DNA of 64,000 nucleotides from Schizochytrium sp. TIO01 (taxonomy: Eukaryota; Protista; Bigyra: Labyrinthulomycetes): the NCBI GenBank assembly GCA_004764695.1, contig SMSO01000006.1:759859-823858 (forward strand), written 5' to 3'. Position 1 is the first letter of the stretch. The number at the start of each line of letters is the position of its first letter. Under the pieces are notes generated by a model. It did no database searches. It worked only from the letters and a program-made list of their open reading frames with translations, and was not told the DNA's origin. A program made the position numbers and the translations under genes. Below, piece by piece: positions 45,101-56,587 of this stretch.

Positions 45101-46483
45101 ATGGTGCCCCCTGGCGTGGTTCACAGTGAAGCAGACCTATCGCCAAAGGCAAGTAAAGGCCGCGCGCCAATACCAGCACCACGGCCCGGAGTTAGAACTT
45201 TATCTCACGAAAGCTTACAAGATCAGGAAGACTTTTCCCAGCCTTCACAGAATAGTGGCATTGTACAGAGCCTAGAACACCAATCAGGGAAGGCTGCTTT
45301 ACATATTCACATTCCGGCGCCACCAGATGTCAGACAACGTGTCCCCGAGGAATCCCGTGACACTGCACGCCGGTCATTCTTTATCACAGGAAAAGATGCA
45401 CCGCCACCTGTACTGACCCTTGAGGATTTAGATCTTGAAGCAATGACACGGTTGACTGTGGCTTCTAGAAGTCCGTTGAGTGCGGATGGAGAGCGGTGGG
45501 CTGAGCATCGTATTTCATCTACAAATAAAGACACTGTGACATCATCGTTCACCACTAGAGGAGCTCCTTCTCCTCCACCTGCAGGCTCATTGCAAGGAGA
45601 AAATGAGTCAGGTCCATTATTATCTTCTAGTGCGTTACGGCATCAATGGGGCCAAACTAGGTCACCCATTTCCCCATTATTAGCTCCTGAACAGAGGGAG
45701 AGAACTACTCGAACCTACAAGCGAAAAATCAAGAAAATGAAGAGAGTCATTGACCTTTTCACATACAGCCCATACCTGAGAACCCGTCTTCAATTTGGGA
45801 TCGTGCGAGCTTTCATTGCCCTTTACATGTGGGCATCCCTGGGAGTATCCATACCATTATGGGAGCTTTCAAGCCAATTCACGCGAGGGAATTTATCATG
45901 TAAACCCAGTTCACAAGATACATGGTCTGGATTAATATTTTGTCATCCCGTGTTCTGGAATCTTCTTTTCGCAGCAATTAAATATACCCTTGCTGCGTAT
46001 TTAAATTTACAAAAACGAAATCCACGTGTACGCGTGTTGTACAAAATCCTTGAGCATGTTTCTCTACCAGGAACTATTGCTTATTCCATATATTTTTGGT
46101 GTGCACATAAAGAGCTTGTGACATCAAGGTCATTGGGATTAGCCCTGAATAATCATTTTGGTGCTCCGTTTCTCATGATTTTAGAAATATGGCTGGGAAA
46201 AACACCTTTCTCTTTGGAACAAGCCTGGGGGCCTATTGTTTACTTGCTTTGGCAGTCTCTTTGGGTGTTTGTATATTCCAGAATCCGCCCAGGCTGTTTT
46301 CTTTTGCCAGCCTTGAACCCTGAGAGAAATGTTGTTTGGGTTGCGTATCCGGGACTCATTATACTTTATTTGTTTTGCTTCTTCGCGGTGTACACACTGA
46401 CCCAAGTGAGGGATCATGTTGCGCCTTGCGGACAACAAGTGTTCCCCCCAGCAAAGTATACTCCAAAACCCGCTTCGTACTAG
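45101..46483 (+). CDS. Multi-pass membrane protein, rolling-stone/FAR-17a-AIG1-like
   Basis: About 6 TM segments after a disordered N-terminus; YFW...NHFGAPFLMILEIWL...P..YLL...LPALNP pattern. Confidence 0.7.
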   Translation: MVPPGVVHSEADLSPKASKGRAPIPAPRPGVRTLSHESLQDQEDFSQPSQNSGIVQSLEHQSGKAALHIHIPAPPDVRQRVPEESRDTARRSFFITGKDAPPPVLTLEDLDLEAMTRLTVASRSPLSADGERWAEHRISSTNKDTVTSSFTTRGAPSPPPAGSLQGENESGPLLSSSALRHQWGQTRSPISPLLAPEQRERTTRTYKRKIKKMKRVIDLFTYSPYLRTRLQFGIVRAFIALYMWASLGVSIPLWELSSQFTRGNLSCKPSSQDTWSGLIFCHPVFWNLLFAAIKYTLAAYLNLQKRNPRVRVLYKILEHVSLPGTIAYSIYFWCAHKELVTSRSLGLALNNHFGAPFLMILEIWLGKTPFSLEQAWGPIVYLLWQSLWVFVYSRIRPGCFLLPALNPERNVVWVAYPGLIILYLFCFFAVYTLTQVRDHVAPCGQQVFPPAKYTPKPASY

Positions 46484-47284
46484 ATATTGTATAATATTAT
46501 TCTAAATGTATAGTTATTGATCTTAATGGTTGTGTACACATTGCTTGGTCTGATGATTTCAAGCTTCAAAAAAGGTTTGTTTTGCCTCTCAAAGTGTTTG
46601 CCCGTGCCGATTTTCTTTTTAGATTGGAGTCGCCATTTTCACATCAATTGCACACCACATTTATTCCAAACAAAATATCCATTCAAAGGAAAGTATTCAT
46701 GTTCAGCTTTTCTGAGATTTATGTAAGAATGAAAGGATTTATGTTGGATCTCAGAATTCGATCTGGGAATTAGCTCGTCTGATTTAGTTGAATTTACCGC
46801 TCTTCAACGAGTATTCCTATCTCCTTGCGCGACACTGTGTGTTAAGAAATTCAAACATACATTGATAAAGTGATTAAATCCACAATCACCCATTCGTCTA
46901 GGAAGAGGAATGGTATGAATGGCTATCCTTTTCACATTTTAGAGAGAATTAGAGTTGAGCATGAGTACCGAAGTTTTTCTCGTGGACAGGATAGCAGGTA
47001 GTACCTAGGCATTGGCTGACTCAGTAATGATCACTCAGCTGCTGTAGTAGCATGGTATCTAACAGGTGAAACCAACAGAAAACAAAACCAGTCGCAGCCA
47101 ATTTAACTATGCATATAAAATATTTAGGCAGATGACAGTGAAAGTGCGTCGATAGAAGCTGCTCTTCGCTGCCCCAAGCCCTGCTTCTTTCCAGCAGCCA
47201 ATAGAAAAGAAACTAGAAAAACTAAATTTGGTGGTGCTAATAGTTGCTCTGTTCACTATCTGAAAGAGACTTCAAGGCTGTACT

Positions 47285-48007
47285 CTACCTAGTCTCACTT
47301 CTGGCAAGCTGTGCCCAGGAAGAGACAAATACTTTAAATCCAATGTGGAGACCAGTCCCACATGGTCTCCTTCGTTTCAAGCGCTTGCTGCTGCGAGTCA
47401 ATGTTTTATACCATAAATTTGCATCAGAGCTTCTCTGGTCCACTGATTGATGTCCATACCACATCAGCGAAGCTAGCAGAGCAAATTGCTTCGAGCCCAT
47501 ACGACCCCTGCAACTTAATTATTGTCCTCATGGAAGAACTTTAAAGTCGATCCTCAAATTCCTCCCCGGGCAGTGCCAAGAACTTATTCCTTTGCATCCC
47601 CATAGCTCCGAGTCCTTGGTTGCCGCGAGCAGTGGCAACCAACCCCTTCATGGAGTCATGAGATTATCGAATGTTCAATGGCCATTGCATCGGCAATCAG
47701 GCATTGATTCATCGCAAGTTTCGCACTCTGCATCGCCGCATCTTCCTGGCTTTGAATCTCCATCTGTGCTAACTTCGTCCGAACTCATCCTTTTGGGCAC
47801 TTCGTACCTAGCCAAGCAGCCAGTCTCAACAAGCAGCTGCTGTCGGAGGGAGCCCTTGCGGAATTGGACTGTGGCTGCACGGGCCACTCGACGGAGATAA
47901 TTGCGGAGCACGAGGGCTCTAGATTCGAGTTCTGACAACTCAGAGATGCAACGAATTCTCAACTGCCCTTCAGAATGAACGAGTGGCGTGAGAGATGTGT
48001 TATGCAA
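47285..48007 (-). pseudogene. Decayed coding sequence with multiple stops and frameshifts
   Basis: Protein-like reading MEIQSQEDAAMQSAKLAMNQCLIADAMAIEHSIIS*LHEG...NKFLALPGEEFEDRL*...QALETKETMWDWSPHWI*; parent gene not recognised. Confidence 0.45.
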
Positions 48008-49885
48008 ATGACATCTTGTGTAGCCTCATTCAAGGATTTCCTGCAAGTTCTTCTTCCCAAACCCTTTTTTTTTTTTTCTTCTTCTTCTTCTAAATTATCA
48101 GGTTTGGAAAGCTGCGGCTTCGGAGATGCCATGCAGTCGATTGCTCTGTTGATTCTTTGAAACTCGTATACATAAACACTGCTCAAATCTGTTTTATATG
48201 GTAGGAATGGAAAGGCAAGCAGGTGGGAGACGATGCTCATGATAAAGCACGAGCAAAGTAGATCTCGGTTTACAAGTACATAAAATACTTTCTTTAAAAT
48301 AATATTAAAATATACCTGTTTGTTTCTGTGAATCAATGCTTAGAAAAGAACCAAATCTCCAAATAAAATCGAGAAGGTGCGGTGTGATGACAACGCACTT
48401 GCTCCACACAATACCCTGCTTTGGCTTAGTCTTCAGTAAGGCTCGTCCGGCCACTGTTGTGCACTGAGGCCGTGGACTTTCTTTATTCATAGGTGTCTGT
48501 CTCTTCAATTTGCCCATGGCACACACCATGTCCAAACCTCGCTCGCAACTCGGAAACACTCACCTCAATAAATTATTCTCTAAGTTATTTTCTTCTCGAG
48601 GGCCTTGAGAAGCCGTCATGCTTTCACCGGTTCTTGATGCATGATCTGTGACCCATGTATGCATTTGAGCGCTAAGTTCTCTATTTTTATATGAATCTCT
48701 TTTCTTCAAGTTGTTTTTTTAAGAATTAAAATTGGAAGCCTTATTTCATTCATTTTGAAATACTTAAGACCTAGGTACCGAGTATTGTAGAAAATAAACT
48801 AAACACACTTATTATGGCGCAGCGCTCACGCTTGACCGCGTGCAAACTCACTCCATAGCCCCATTTCGAATCCCACCACTGGGCCTTTATTACCTCCTAT
48901 ACACTGTAATTCCTGACCTCTCAGGATTTTCGAATCTTCTCAATTTCCCCTCTGAGAGACCCCACATTGCGACTATCTCCTCACAAGCGCCCGTCAGTGA
49001 ATGAGAGTGGCCCCTGGAGGCGTCATGGAGGGGTAGTCAAGAAGTCAAGCCCTCGCACCTTCCTTTTGCTAGAGGTTGGGCCCAGTTGTAGTAAAGCAAA
49101 GCAAAGCAAAGCAAAGTAAGCCAAGTAAAAGGCTAGAGGACAAGAGCACGCAGTAGTGAAAAGGGCTTTGGAAAGGGCTGCGATCAATCCCATCGAGACC
49201 AAGCAAAACCAGAGCTGAGGTCGCCGCTGGGATCGTCAGTAAGACCCTCTCCACTGTGACCGCTCGCTTTGCACGAACCGAAGAACCTCACTTGGTTCAC
49301 ACTCGAGCACGGCAGTTCGCGAACCTGGGCACGGAGTTTGCTTAGACACGGAGAGCTATTAAACTAAGTAGCTTTGTCAAGAAGGCGTTGAGGCTTCGGT
49401 GAACGCGAGACGCTTATTCTTGAGGCCTCTAGGTGATAGTTGGACAGCTGATATCTGAAGATTTGCTTGAACCTAAACGTAGAGATCACAGTCCGGTGAA
49501 GACCGAGCGAAGGAGATTCCAAGCCATTTTACTAGCTTGTGAAACTGAGGTCAACATTTAAGTGACGTAAGACAATATCTGTTGTAGCAAAGTCTAGCCC
49601 GAGAGAGACCTCTGCGCGTACAAGGGCCTTAGAATGCCTTGTTGATGGAACCTAATCAAAGAACATCAGAATAGTTTATTTCATCACATCAAAGAATCAC
49701 AAAAAGGCAAAACAAGACAAGACAGTCATTCAAAAGACAGAACAACAGACATATCTTTCACTTTCCAGAGATATAGCCGTGCTATTTAATCGCACAGCCG
49801 TACTATAATCCTTGCGTGAGGCTTGTACTGGCAAAAACAGTAAAAGCTCGGAGGTTTCTAGCCTGTGCCACCGCAACCACCAGAA

Positions 49886-52078
49886 ATGATTTCTCAGCAG
49901 CAGCAGCAGCAGCAGCAGCCAAGCATCGATGAGGTGAGGGACCTTGAAGAACCTCAGCTGGAAACAAAATGCGACATTGAGCATGACCCTATTAGTGAGG
50001 TGCATCTCAGAGAACAAAATACCAGCACCATCAAGAAGGTTGCTACACATCGACAACACCCATCTCCCACCGCTGGTCCCTCTGAAAATCCTGAAACTCT
50101 AAGCAAGGCTGAAGCTTCAGAGGAAGGAAATCTCGAAAAGCGTGACGAGGATGTTGAGAGTGAAAGGGAGTCGGAGCAAGCTCGTAAGATCTTCCTCGGC
50201 GGCCTTTCGCTTGAAGCTACAGTGGAAACCGTCGAAACTCATTTCTCAGTTTATGGAGAATTAGAGGACGTGAAAGTTCCTTTACATCGTACACTAGCGG
50301 GTAAGTCACGAGGATTTGGCTTTGTCACATTTAAAAAGGCATCCGTTGCAAATGAAGTCGTACAGATGGTTCATAAGCTTTGTGGCCGAGAAGTTGATGT
50401 GAAATTTGCTGTATCGCGTTCCCACAACTCAGTCAACTCAGCCTCGGGGCAAACACAAGCTTCTTCTGAGAATAACCACATCGAATGCGCTGTGTCCACT
50501 ACGGAGGACGACACTCATGTCACGAAACCAGCAATTGCGCCATCCAAAGATATCACAAACAATCTTGAAACATTGAACTCTCAAAGCAAGGAAAGCTTTT
50601 ACGAACCCGAGATGGCCGATCAACAAACAAAGATTTTGCGACCGAATCAAACACCAAGTAAAAGCCGTACCTCAACTAAAGGCAATGTATTTGGCCCGAC
50701 TTCAACACAAGGGCAGAGTCCATTGCTTCAATCTACCAAATCCTCCCTTGCAGCAGCCCATACTCCCAAGATGCAAATGGCTTCACATGAACAATTTTCT
50801 TGCTCGTCTGCAAGCACAGTTAGCACTGCAAGTTCTGCTACGTTGTCAAACGCAAGCCAATTCTCTGTGAGAAGCTTTGGGGCCCATTCATCGGAGGAAC
50901 TAAACTGCAAGATTTTTGTTGGAGGATTGGCAGCTTCTGTGACCCAAAGTGTACTTCGATCTTACTTTAGTCAGTTTGGCCCGATTCAACATGCCACGGT
51001 TATGATTGATCGTGAGACAAATCGTTCAAGAGGTTTCGGCTTTGTCTCATTCGACGACGAACCTAGCATGCGCCGTGCGTTGTCTGTGGATGTGCATACC
51101 ATCAGCGGCAAAACTGCTGAAGTCAAACAAGCAATTCCAAGAGAGATGATCGAGCAACATCATTTGCAACAACAGCACCATCAACAACCGCATCAGCACC
51201 AACGTCATCACAGCGGACCAATTTACATCACAACTCAACAGCTACCTGGGTTGCCAGCTCAAGGCGTCGCTATATCAGGGGAGATGTATGGGTACGGTGT
51301 CCCAGGCGCAATCTACTACTTTCCTTCTCACCCACATGCGATTGGTGGGATGCAATACCACCCAATGTCCACGACACAGGTACACCAGATAGTGTCTACG
51401 CCTGTATCCCAAACTAGCCCAAGCCAGGAAGTCGCAGAAGATCATTGCAAGCCATTAAAACAAAACCGCCAATCATCTGAGTCAATCGAGCAATCCACAG
51501 GGGCATCCAGCGGCAGCACTGCATCGTCAACTTCTACAAATTCTCGCCATCATCATCAACAACTAAGATCTTCAAGCCAGCATAGAACACGGCAACACCA
51601 ACAACCAAGAATTGATTCTCCTGAGTTCACTTCCACAGTACAGCAACTTTCTCCAACCCATGCAGTTCCAATGGTGCCAACTGTTTTATCACCAACGCAC
51701 CACCAGCAAACATCTCATCCTCATTCCACCACGCATCACTATGTCTATCCTCAACAACCTCATCAAGCACATTTTCACGTGCCACAAGCTGGATATTTTT
51801 ATGGGCCATCATACCCATATGCACATTCAGAATACGCTTATGGATACGTGCCTGGGTATCAAAGCCTGTCGCCTCAGCAGTATGTTCAGATGCCTGCGCA
51901 CGGACAAACCCAGCTGCAGGAATTGCATGTTCAGCATCAACAAGCTCCCTCTGATACAAGCTCTCCAACTTCTACAAAAGGGAAATCAGATCGCTGTGAC
52001 GGTGAGCTGAAAAAGCAATCTTTCAACACAACTGATAACGCTCTGAATAAACAGGCATCAAAGCCATCCAGGGCATGA
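49886..52078 (+). CDS. RNA-binding protein with two RRMs (hnRNP A1/Musashi/DAZAP1-like) and Q/H/Y-rich low-complexity tail
   Basis: KIFLGGL...SRGFGFVTF and KIFVGGL...SRGFGFVSF (RNP2/RNP1). Confidence 0.92.
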   Translation: MISQQQQQQQQPSIDEVRDLEEPQLETKCDIEHDPISEVHLREQNTSTIKKVATHRQHPSPTAGPSENPETLSKAEASEEGNLEKRDEDVESERESEQARKIFLGGLSLEATVETVETHFSVYGELEDVKVPLHRTLAGKSRGFGFVTFKKASVANEVVQMVHKLCGREVDVKFAVSRSHNSVNSASGQTQASSENNHIECAVSTTEDDTHVTKPAIAPSKDITNNLETLNSQSKESFYEPEMADQQTKILRPNQTPSKSRTSTKGNVFGPTSTQGQSPLLQSTKSSLAAAHTPKMQMASHEQFSCSSASTVSTASSATLSNASQFSVRSFGAHSSEELNCKIFVGGLAASVTQSVLRSYFSQFGPIQHATVMIDRETNRSRGFGFVSFDDEPSMRRALSVDVHTISGKTAEVKQAIPREMIEQHHLQQQHHQQPHQHQRHHSGPIYITTQQLPGLPAQGVAISGEMYGYGVPGAIYYFPSHPHAIGGMQYHPMSTTQVHQIVSTPVSQTSPSQEVAEDHCKPLKQNRQSSESIEQSTGASSGSTASSTSTNSRHHHQQLRSSSQHRTRQHQQPRIDSPEFTSTVQQLSPTHAVPMVPTVLSPTHHQQTSHPHSTTHHYVYPQQPHQAHFHVPQAGYFYGPSYPYAHSEYAYGYVPGYQSLSPQQYVQMPAHGQTQLQELHVQHQQAPSDTSSPTSTKGKSDRCDGELKKQSFNTTDNALNKQASKPSRA

Positions 52079-52854
52079 TTACTTGAGCTGCTAGTTATCT
52101 GATGAAATACTGACTCCTTTTTCTCCGAGACTTTTCAATTCCTGATATTAACCAAATTCGAAGATATATTTTGTCTTTGAGAAGTTCTCTCTATTCCCTT
52201 GGACAGGGTGTTTTTATTTTTACAGACCAAGTAAAACATGGAATCCCCACTTTCCAACCGTTCCGATTTCCAGTCTCGAATTTATCTTCAACCAAGCAAG
52301 CAAAGATTTGGTACCGCATGAAGTGGTCTCCTCATGTCACCTTGGATACCTCTGGATGCCTATTTTAGACTGTTTAATGTTTTGCTCTCATGTTCTTCAT
52401 ATTTTTCTTTTGCTCGGCCTTTCGATTTTCAAGCTCTGTGCCATTTGTAGTTTTGCCAAAATCATCAATTATCATCAACTGCACATTTTTACACTTTACC
52501 ATTCCTACGTCTAACGCTTTATCAACATACTATTTGAATAACTGGAACATTTGATGAAATTCACGTGTACGCATAATTAGCGCCTCATTGCTGACCTTTG
52601 GGGGACAAAAGCTCTATAAAGCAATTATGAGAGGCTAGGGGGCTCCCTACCTACCGTATATATATTTTTAATCCACTAGAATTCTGCGCTATCTGCTCAA
52701 TTCCTCCACGTCACAGAGACGAAAGCATTGCCAGATCCCTTTGTGACTCCGCTCGGGCGGCTGCGAGGCGCCCGAAGTAGCTTCTCCAAGGAGGATAGAT
52801 AAAGTAGCTTTTATTTAAGTTTTTCTGCGTCTCGCAGCTAGAGGTGCGGTAGCC

Positions 52855-55197
52855 ATGGACCTGTTCCAGGGTCTCGCCAACAGGGCGGAGAGCCTTTTGG
52901 AGAAGATCGACGGACAAGCCGCAAGATCTGCGGAAAGCTATCGCATGTATGACAGCGATGAAAACGATGAGCACTATGACAACAATGGAGACGATTACTC
53001 GTCGTCTGAAGAAGAAGAAGAAGAAGAAGAAGAAGAAGATAACCGGAAATATCACAACGAAGACGACCACGAGGGCGACTACGTGAATGCGGACAAGAGT
53101 GGGCGTACTTCTTCAGCATCTTCATCATCCCTATGGAAATTGGAAGCGCAAAAAGTTGCAGATCGTCTTCAAAGTGCCACAAGATACGTGTCAAGATCTG
53201 TAACGCCTGTTTCATATGGAAGCATTGTGGACACCGAAGATACCACAAGAAATGCAGTGCGAAAGTCTAGCACTTCTGAGAGCACAAGTGAGGGGGATAC
53301 ATCTTCTGTCAGTGAAGGAGGGGAAGATTTTCTTGAAGAAGAAGATACGGATGGTGAACAGACTGCAGAAAGTTACCAGGGGGAAAAGCGTCCATTTGTC
53401 GAAAGCTCTTCTGGTGGCGATCTCGGCACTCTAGGTCCCAAGGGAGACGACAAAGAAGTTTCCACGAAACATTTAAGAAGCCAAGAACGCGACGCGAGGC
53501 CGAAATCTGCAGGGCCCTCCGAACTTGTTAAAGAGGATGGATTAACTGTGGACTTGGCATCAGCATCCTCGTCAAAGCTATCAAGCAAGAAACCTCCTAA
53601 GTCAACATCAAGCAAAAAGTCGAGCAAGGGAAAAGATTCACGGGGATCAAAAACGATGGAAGCAGATTCCACTTCAATAGGCGAATCGGCCAAGTCAACC
53701 CAAAATAAATCGAATAGTAGAAAGAAGACTTTGTCATCATCTTCTTCGGCAAAGGCTTCTTCTAGCTCTGTACCTGTGTACCGCTCCAGCAGCAGGTCTT
53801 CCACGAAACACGACCGTTCAGGTTCGATGTCCTCAAGTACAACTCAAAATCTACAAGCTTCTCAGACCCGTCGAATCGAAGCTCTCGAAAGTGAGCTACA
53901 AACTCTTGAGCGGCAGCTAACTAGTGTGCAGGAAGACCTGGACGCTGCGCATGAAGCACTGGAGGTCTCTCGTAAAGGGATGCGCACACAAGAAGCAAAA
54001 TTGCGGAAGGAGCTTGATGAAGTCGCAAGTAAGCATGCAAAACGGGAAAAGGAGATGCAGCGTACCATTCGGGACAAAGAAAACAAGATCACAACTCTTC
54101 AGAAAGAACTAGAAGAATTACGAGATGCTGCAGACTTGTTTGATGCAGATTATGATGAGCTACAGAACAAGTACGACGCCGTGGAGCAGGAGCTGCAACA
54201 GTCTCAGGCCCAGTTAAAGCAAGCATCCGAGGCCTCACATTCAGGGGCTGAGGATCTTGAACAAGAACTTCTTAATGCGCAAAATAATGCCGAACAAGCC
54301 CGTCGCGAGTTTACTGTGCAGATCAACGAGGCTGAGCGCAGAATTGCAGAACTTGAGAACCTGAATACAGAACTCTCAAACGAGCTTGCAGCTACACAGC
54401 GCCGGTTGGAGGAGCGGGATGAGCATGACTGGAATGCACAAGAACGAAGTGCGCTTGAAAATGATCATCAATCGGCGCTATACGAGGCCCAAGAAGCACA
54501 GAGACACGCGGAGGAAATGTTGGCTCAGGAGAGGCGTCGTATTCTTGGTCTACAGCAGGAACTAGAAGCAATACAAGCAGAACTAGAGCGTGTAATGGCA
54601 CGAAAAGATCTTGATGAGCAGCGCTGGCAGGGAGAAAATCGCCAATTACGCGAATTAGTGGAGCGCATTAAGCAAGAAATGGATGCCATGAGGAAGCGTG
54701 ATGACATCCAGGGTGTGGCCGCACTTGAGGAACGTCTTGCAGCACTGTCGGAGCACCTTGTGGCCAAACAAAAGCAAGTGGAAGCTCTCACAAGCGAGAA
54801 GGGTGCCTTACGTCAGCGCCTGAAGAGCCTGGAGCGACAGCATGAAGAGTTGCGCATTCAAATGCAGGCTTCATCAGCCCGCAGAAATAACCATGCAGAT
54901 GTTGAAATGGGAAATGGTGCAAACTCAGTGTCTCTCCGATTTCGCCGTCGCCAGGAGACAGCGGCGCTACGCATTGCTCGTCTTGAGCTTATTGCTCGCC
55001 ATCCGAGTCTTGCAGAGGCTGTTGACGTTGTAGATCAGTTGGCCTTGTCGTCAGGAGTCATTATGCAGCGGGAACCATGGGTGAGACTGAGCTTTTTAGC
55101 TTACATGCTGCTTTTGCACTTGTGGGTAATATTTATCCTTGTCTTCCATACCCACGGTACTATCCCCATGGAAGTTTCGCACACGTCAGGAAGGTAG
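52855..55197 (+). CDS. GOLGA5: Golgin-84-like coiled-coil Golgi tether with C-terminal TM anchor
   Basis: N-terminus MDLFQGLANRAESLLEKIDGQAA; LSEHLVAKQKQVEALTSEKGAL; C-terminus PWVRLSFLAYMLLLHLWVIFIL. Confidence 0.85.
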   Translation: MDLFQGLANRAESLLEKIDGQAARSAESYRMYDSDENDEHYDNNGDDYSSSEEEEEEEEEEDNRKYHNEDDHEGDYVNADKSGRTSSASSSSLWKLEAQKVADRLQSATRYVSRSVTPVSYGSIVDTEDTTRNAVRKSSTSESTSEGDTSSVSEGGEDFLEEEDTDGEQTAESYQGEKRPFVESSSGGDLGTLGPKGDDKEVSTKHLRSQERDARPKSAGPSELVKEDGLTVDLASASSSKLSSKKPPKSTSSKKSSKGKDSRGSKTMEADSTSIGESAKSTQNKSNSRKKTLSSSSSAKASSSSVPVYRSSSRSSTKHDRSGSMSSSTTQNLQASQTRRIEALESELQTLERQLTSVQEDLDAAHEALEVSRKGMRTQEAKLRKELDEVASKHAKREKEMQRTIRDKENKITTLQKELEELRDAADLFDADYDELQNKYDAVEQELQQSQAQLKQASEASHSGAEDLEQELLNAQNNAEQARREFTVQINEAERRIAELENLNTELSNELAATQRRLEERDEHDWNAQERSALENDHQSALYEAQEAQRHAEEMLAQERRRILGLQQELEAIQAELERVMARKDLDEQRWQGENRQLRELVERIKQEMDAMRKRDDIQGVAALEERLAALSEHLVAKQKQVEALTSEKGALRQRLKSLERQHEELRIQMQASSARRNNHADVEMGNGANSVSLRFRRRQETAALRIARLELIARHPSLAEAVDVVDQLALSSGVIMQREPWVRLSFLAYMLLLHLWVIFILVFHTHGTIPMEVSHTSGR

Positions 55198-55735
55198 TCA
55201 TGAACGCCATACTATATGATCAAAGTTGCAAGTTAGAAAAATGAAAAACGAATTAAAGAATATACAAATGAGCAAATCTAAAGAAAACCAATTCTTGTAT
55301 TTTTATGTTTCTACACAACTTTGTTCTAATTTTTGTGTACCTGGAAATCGCTTATCAGTAAACATTTCTGCCGTCTTCTGTGAAGATGCTTGCGGCTCTT
55401 TCTCTGGAAGATACAAAGTAAATATAGTCTACGGTATTGTTGCTGCAACTTCCACCTTCTTTGATATTTGCCTCGAACCCATGGAATGCGTATTAAGAAT
55501 CTCTGTATATGTACGCAGTTAAGACTTAGTATTTGGGTGCTGTGTTTCGAGAAACAGATATCACTATCAATCGCTATAACAAATACAGATGTCTGAAGGG
55601 TCAATATCACAGCAGGGGTAATAACACTTGAGCAAAGCTTAATATCACGGCCATAAGCACGCAGACTATTATTTCTCTTTTTGTTCAATTATCTCGCAAC
55701 AAGACACGAGCCTAGGAAGCCTGGGTAGCCGGGTT

Positions 55736-56587
55736 TTAGCGAAAACGAATCTGGTTGGTTCCGTTGAGCTGCCTGCGCAAAGCATTCGGGTCCGCCCATT
55801 GGGAGTTAAGATATTCGTCATCATTTGACTCACTAAGACGCTTCATCTCCTCCTGTTTGCGAAAGTAATGAGCCATCATAGCTTTACGCTCATCCTCAGT
55901 CACAGCAGGCTCTCGAGCAGGAGCACCGGAGCCTGGGCGTTGAAGCTTTGCAATAATTTTGGTCTTCTCGTTTTTTCCAACGCGATCACCCACAGTCTGC
56001 CCGCGCAAGAATTCCTTACCGGCCCACCAAAGCTGAGCGGTGTTTACATCTAGCTGCTGTTCTCCATACAGATCAGCCGTGTGGTCTACATCCTCCAAAG
56101 CCATACGAATAGGGTCATATGCTGGCAAGCCCATTGGATAAGCCATAATCACAGCACCACGCATAATATCGATCTTCTCTTGAAGCAATCCAGTAGTAAG
56201 AGGGACCTTCGCTCGTACTTGAGCGGCACTGATTGCTTGAGCAGCATCATCTGCAACCTTATTGAGCACTTCTTGAAGTTGCGGAGACGGTGCTTCGCCA
56301 GTTCGGTTTCCCGTAGGATCAGCGTTGTAGTGCTGACCACGGTTTGGTAAAGAGGCGCCTTCAGCGGCGTTTGCCTGGTCTTGGATCTCATCAATACCCT
56401 TGGCAGATTCCGGTTTAGCAGGGCCGTATTTTGCAAGCTCCTTGAGAGCTCCACTAAGACCTTCAATCTTGAGTCTCATGGTAGAGAGTTTCACCAGTTC
56501 TCTGAGAAGGTCGTCATTCTTCATGGCACATGTTGTTTCATACAAAAACTGGTCTTGCTCAGACTTTTTCACGACAATTACAACCAT
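55736..56587 (-). CDS. CFAP298: Cilia- and flagella-associated protein 298 (C21orf59/Kurly)
   Basis: DQFLYETT, GAVIMAYPMGLPAYDP, AQLWWAGKE, GKNEKTKIIAKLQ, GAPAREP, YLNSQWADP. Confidence 0.95.
   Translation of the reverse strand: MVVIVVKKSEQDQFLYETTCAMKNDDLLRELVKLSTMRLKIEGLSGALKELAKYGPAKPESAKGIDEIQDQANAAEGASLPNRGQHYNADPTGNRTGEAPSPQLQEVLNKVADDAAQAISAAQVRAKVPLTTGLLQEKIDIMRGAVIMAYPMGLPAYDPIRMALEDVDHTADLYGEQQLDVNTAQLWWAGKEFLRGQTVGDRVGKNEKTKIIAKLQRPGSGAPAREPAVTEDERKAMMAHYFRKQEEMKRLSESNDDEYLNSQWADPNALRRQLNGTNQIRFR

Noticed and set aside
48815-48885. tRNA-like A-box (TGGCGCAGCG) and B-box-like TTCGAATCCC
   Set aside because: T-stem and acceptor stem do not pair and no cloverleaf can be drawn.
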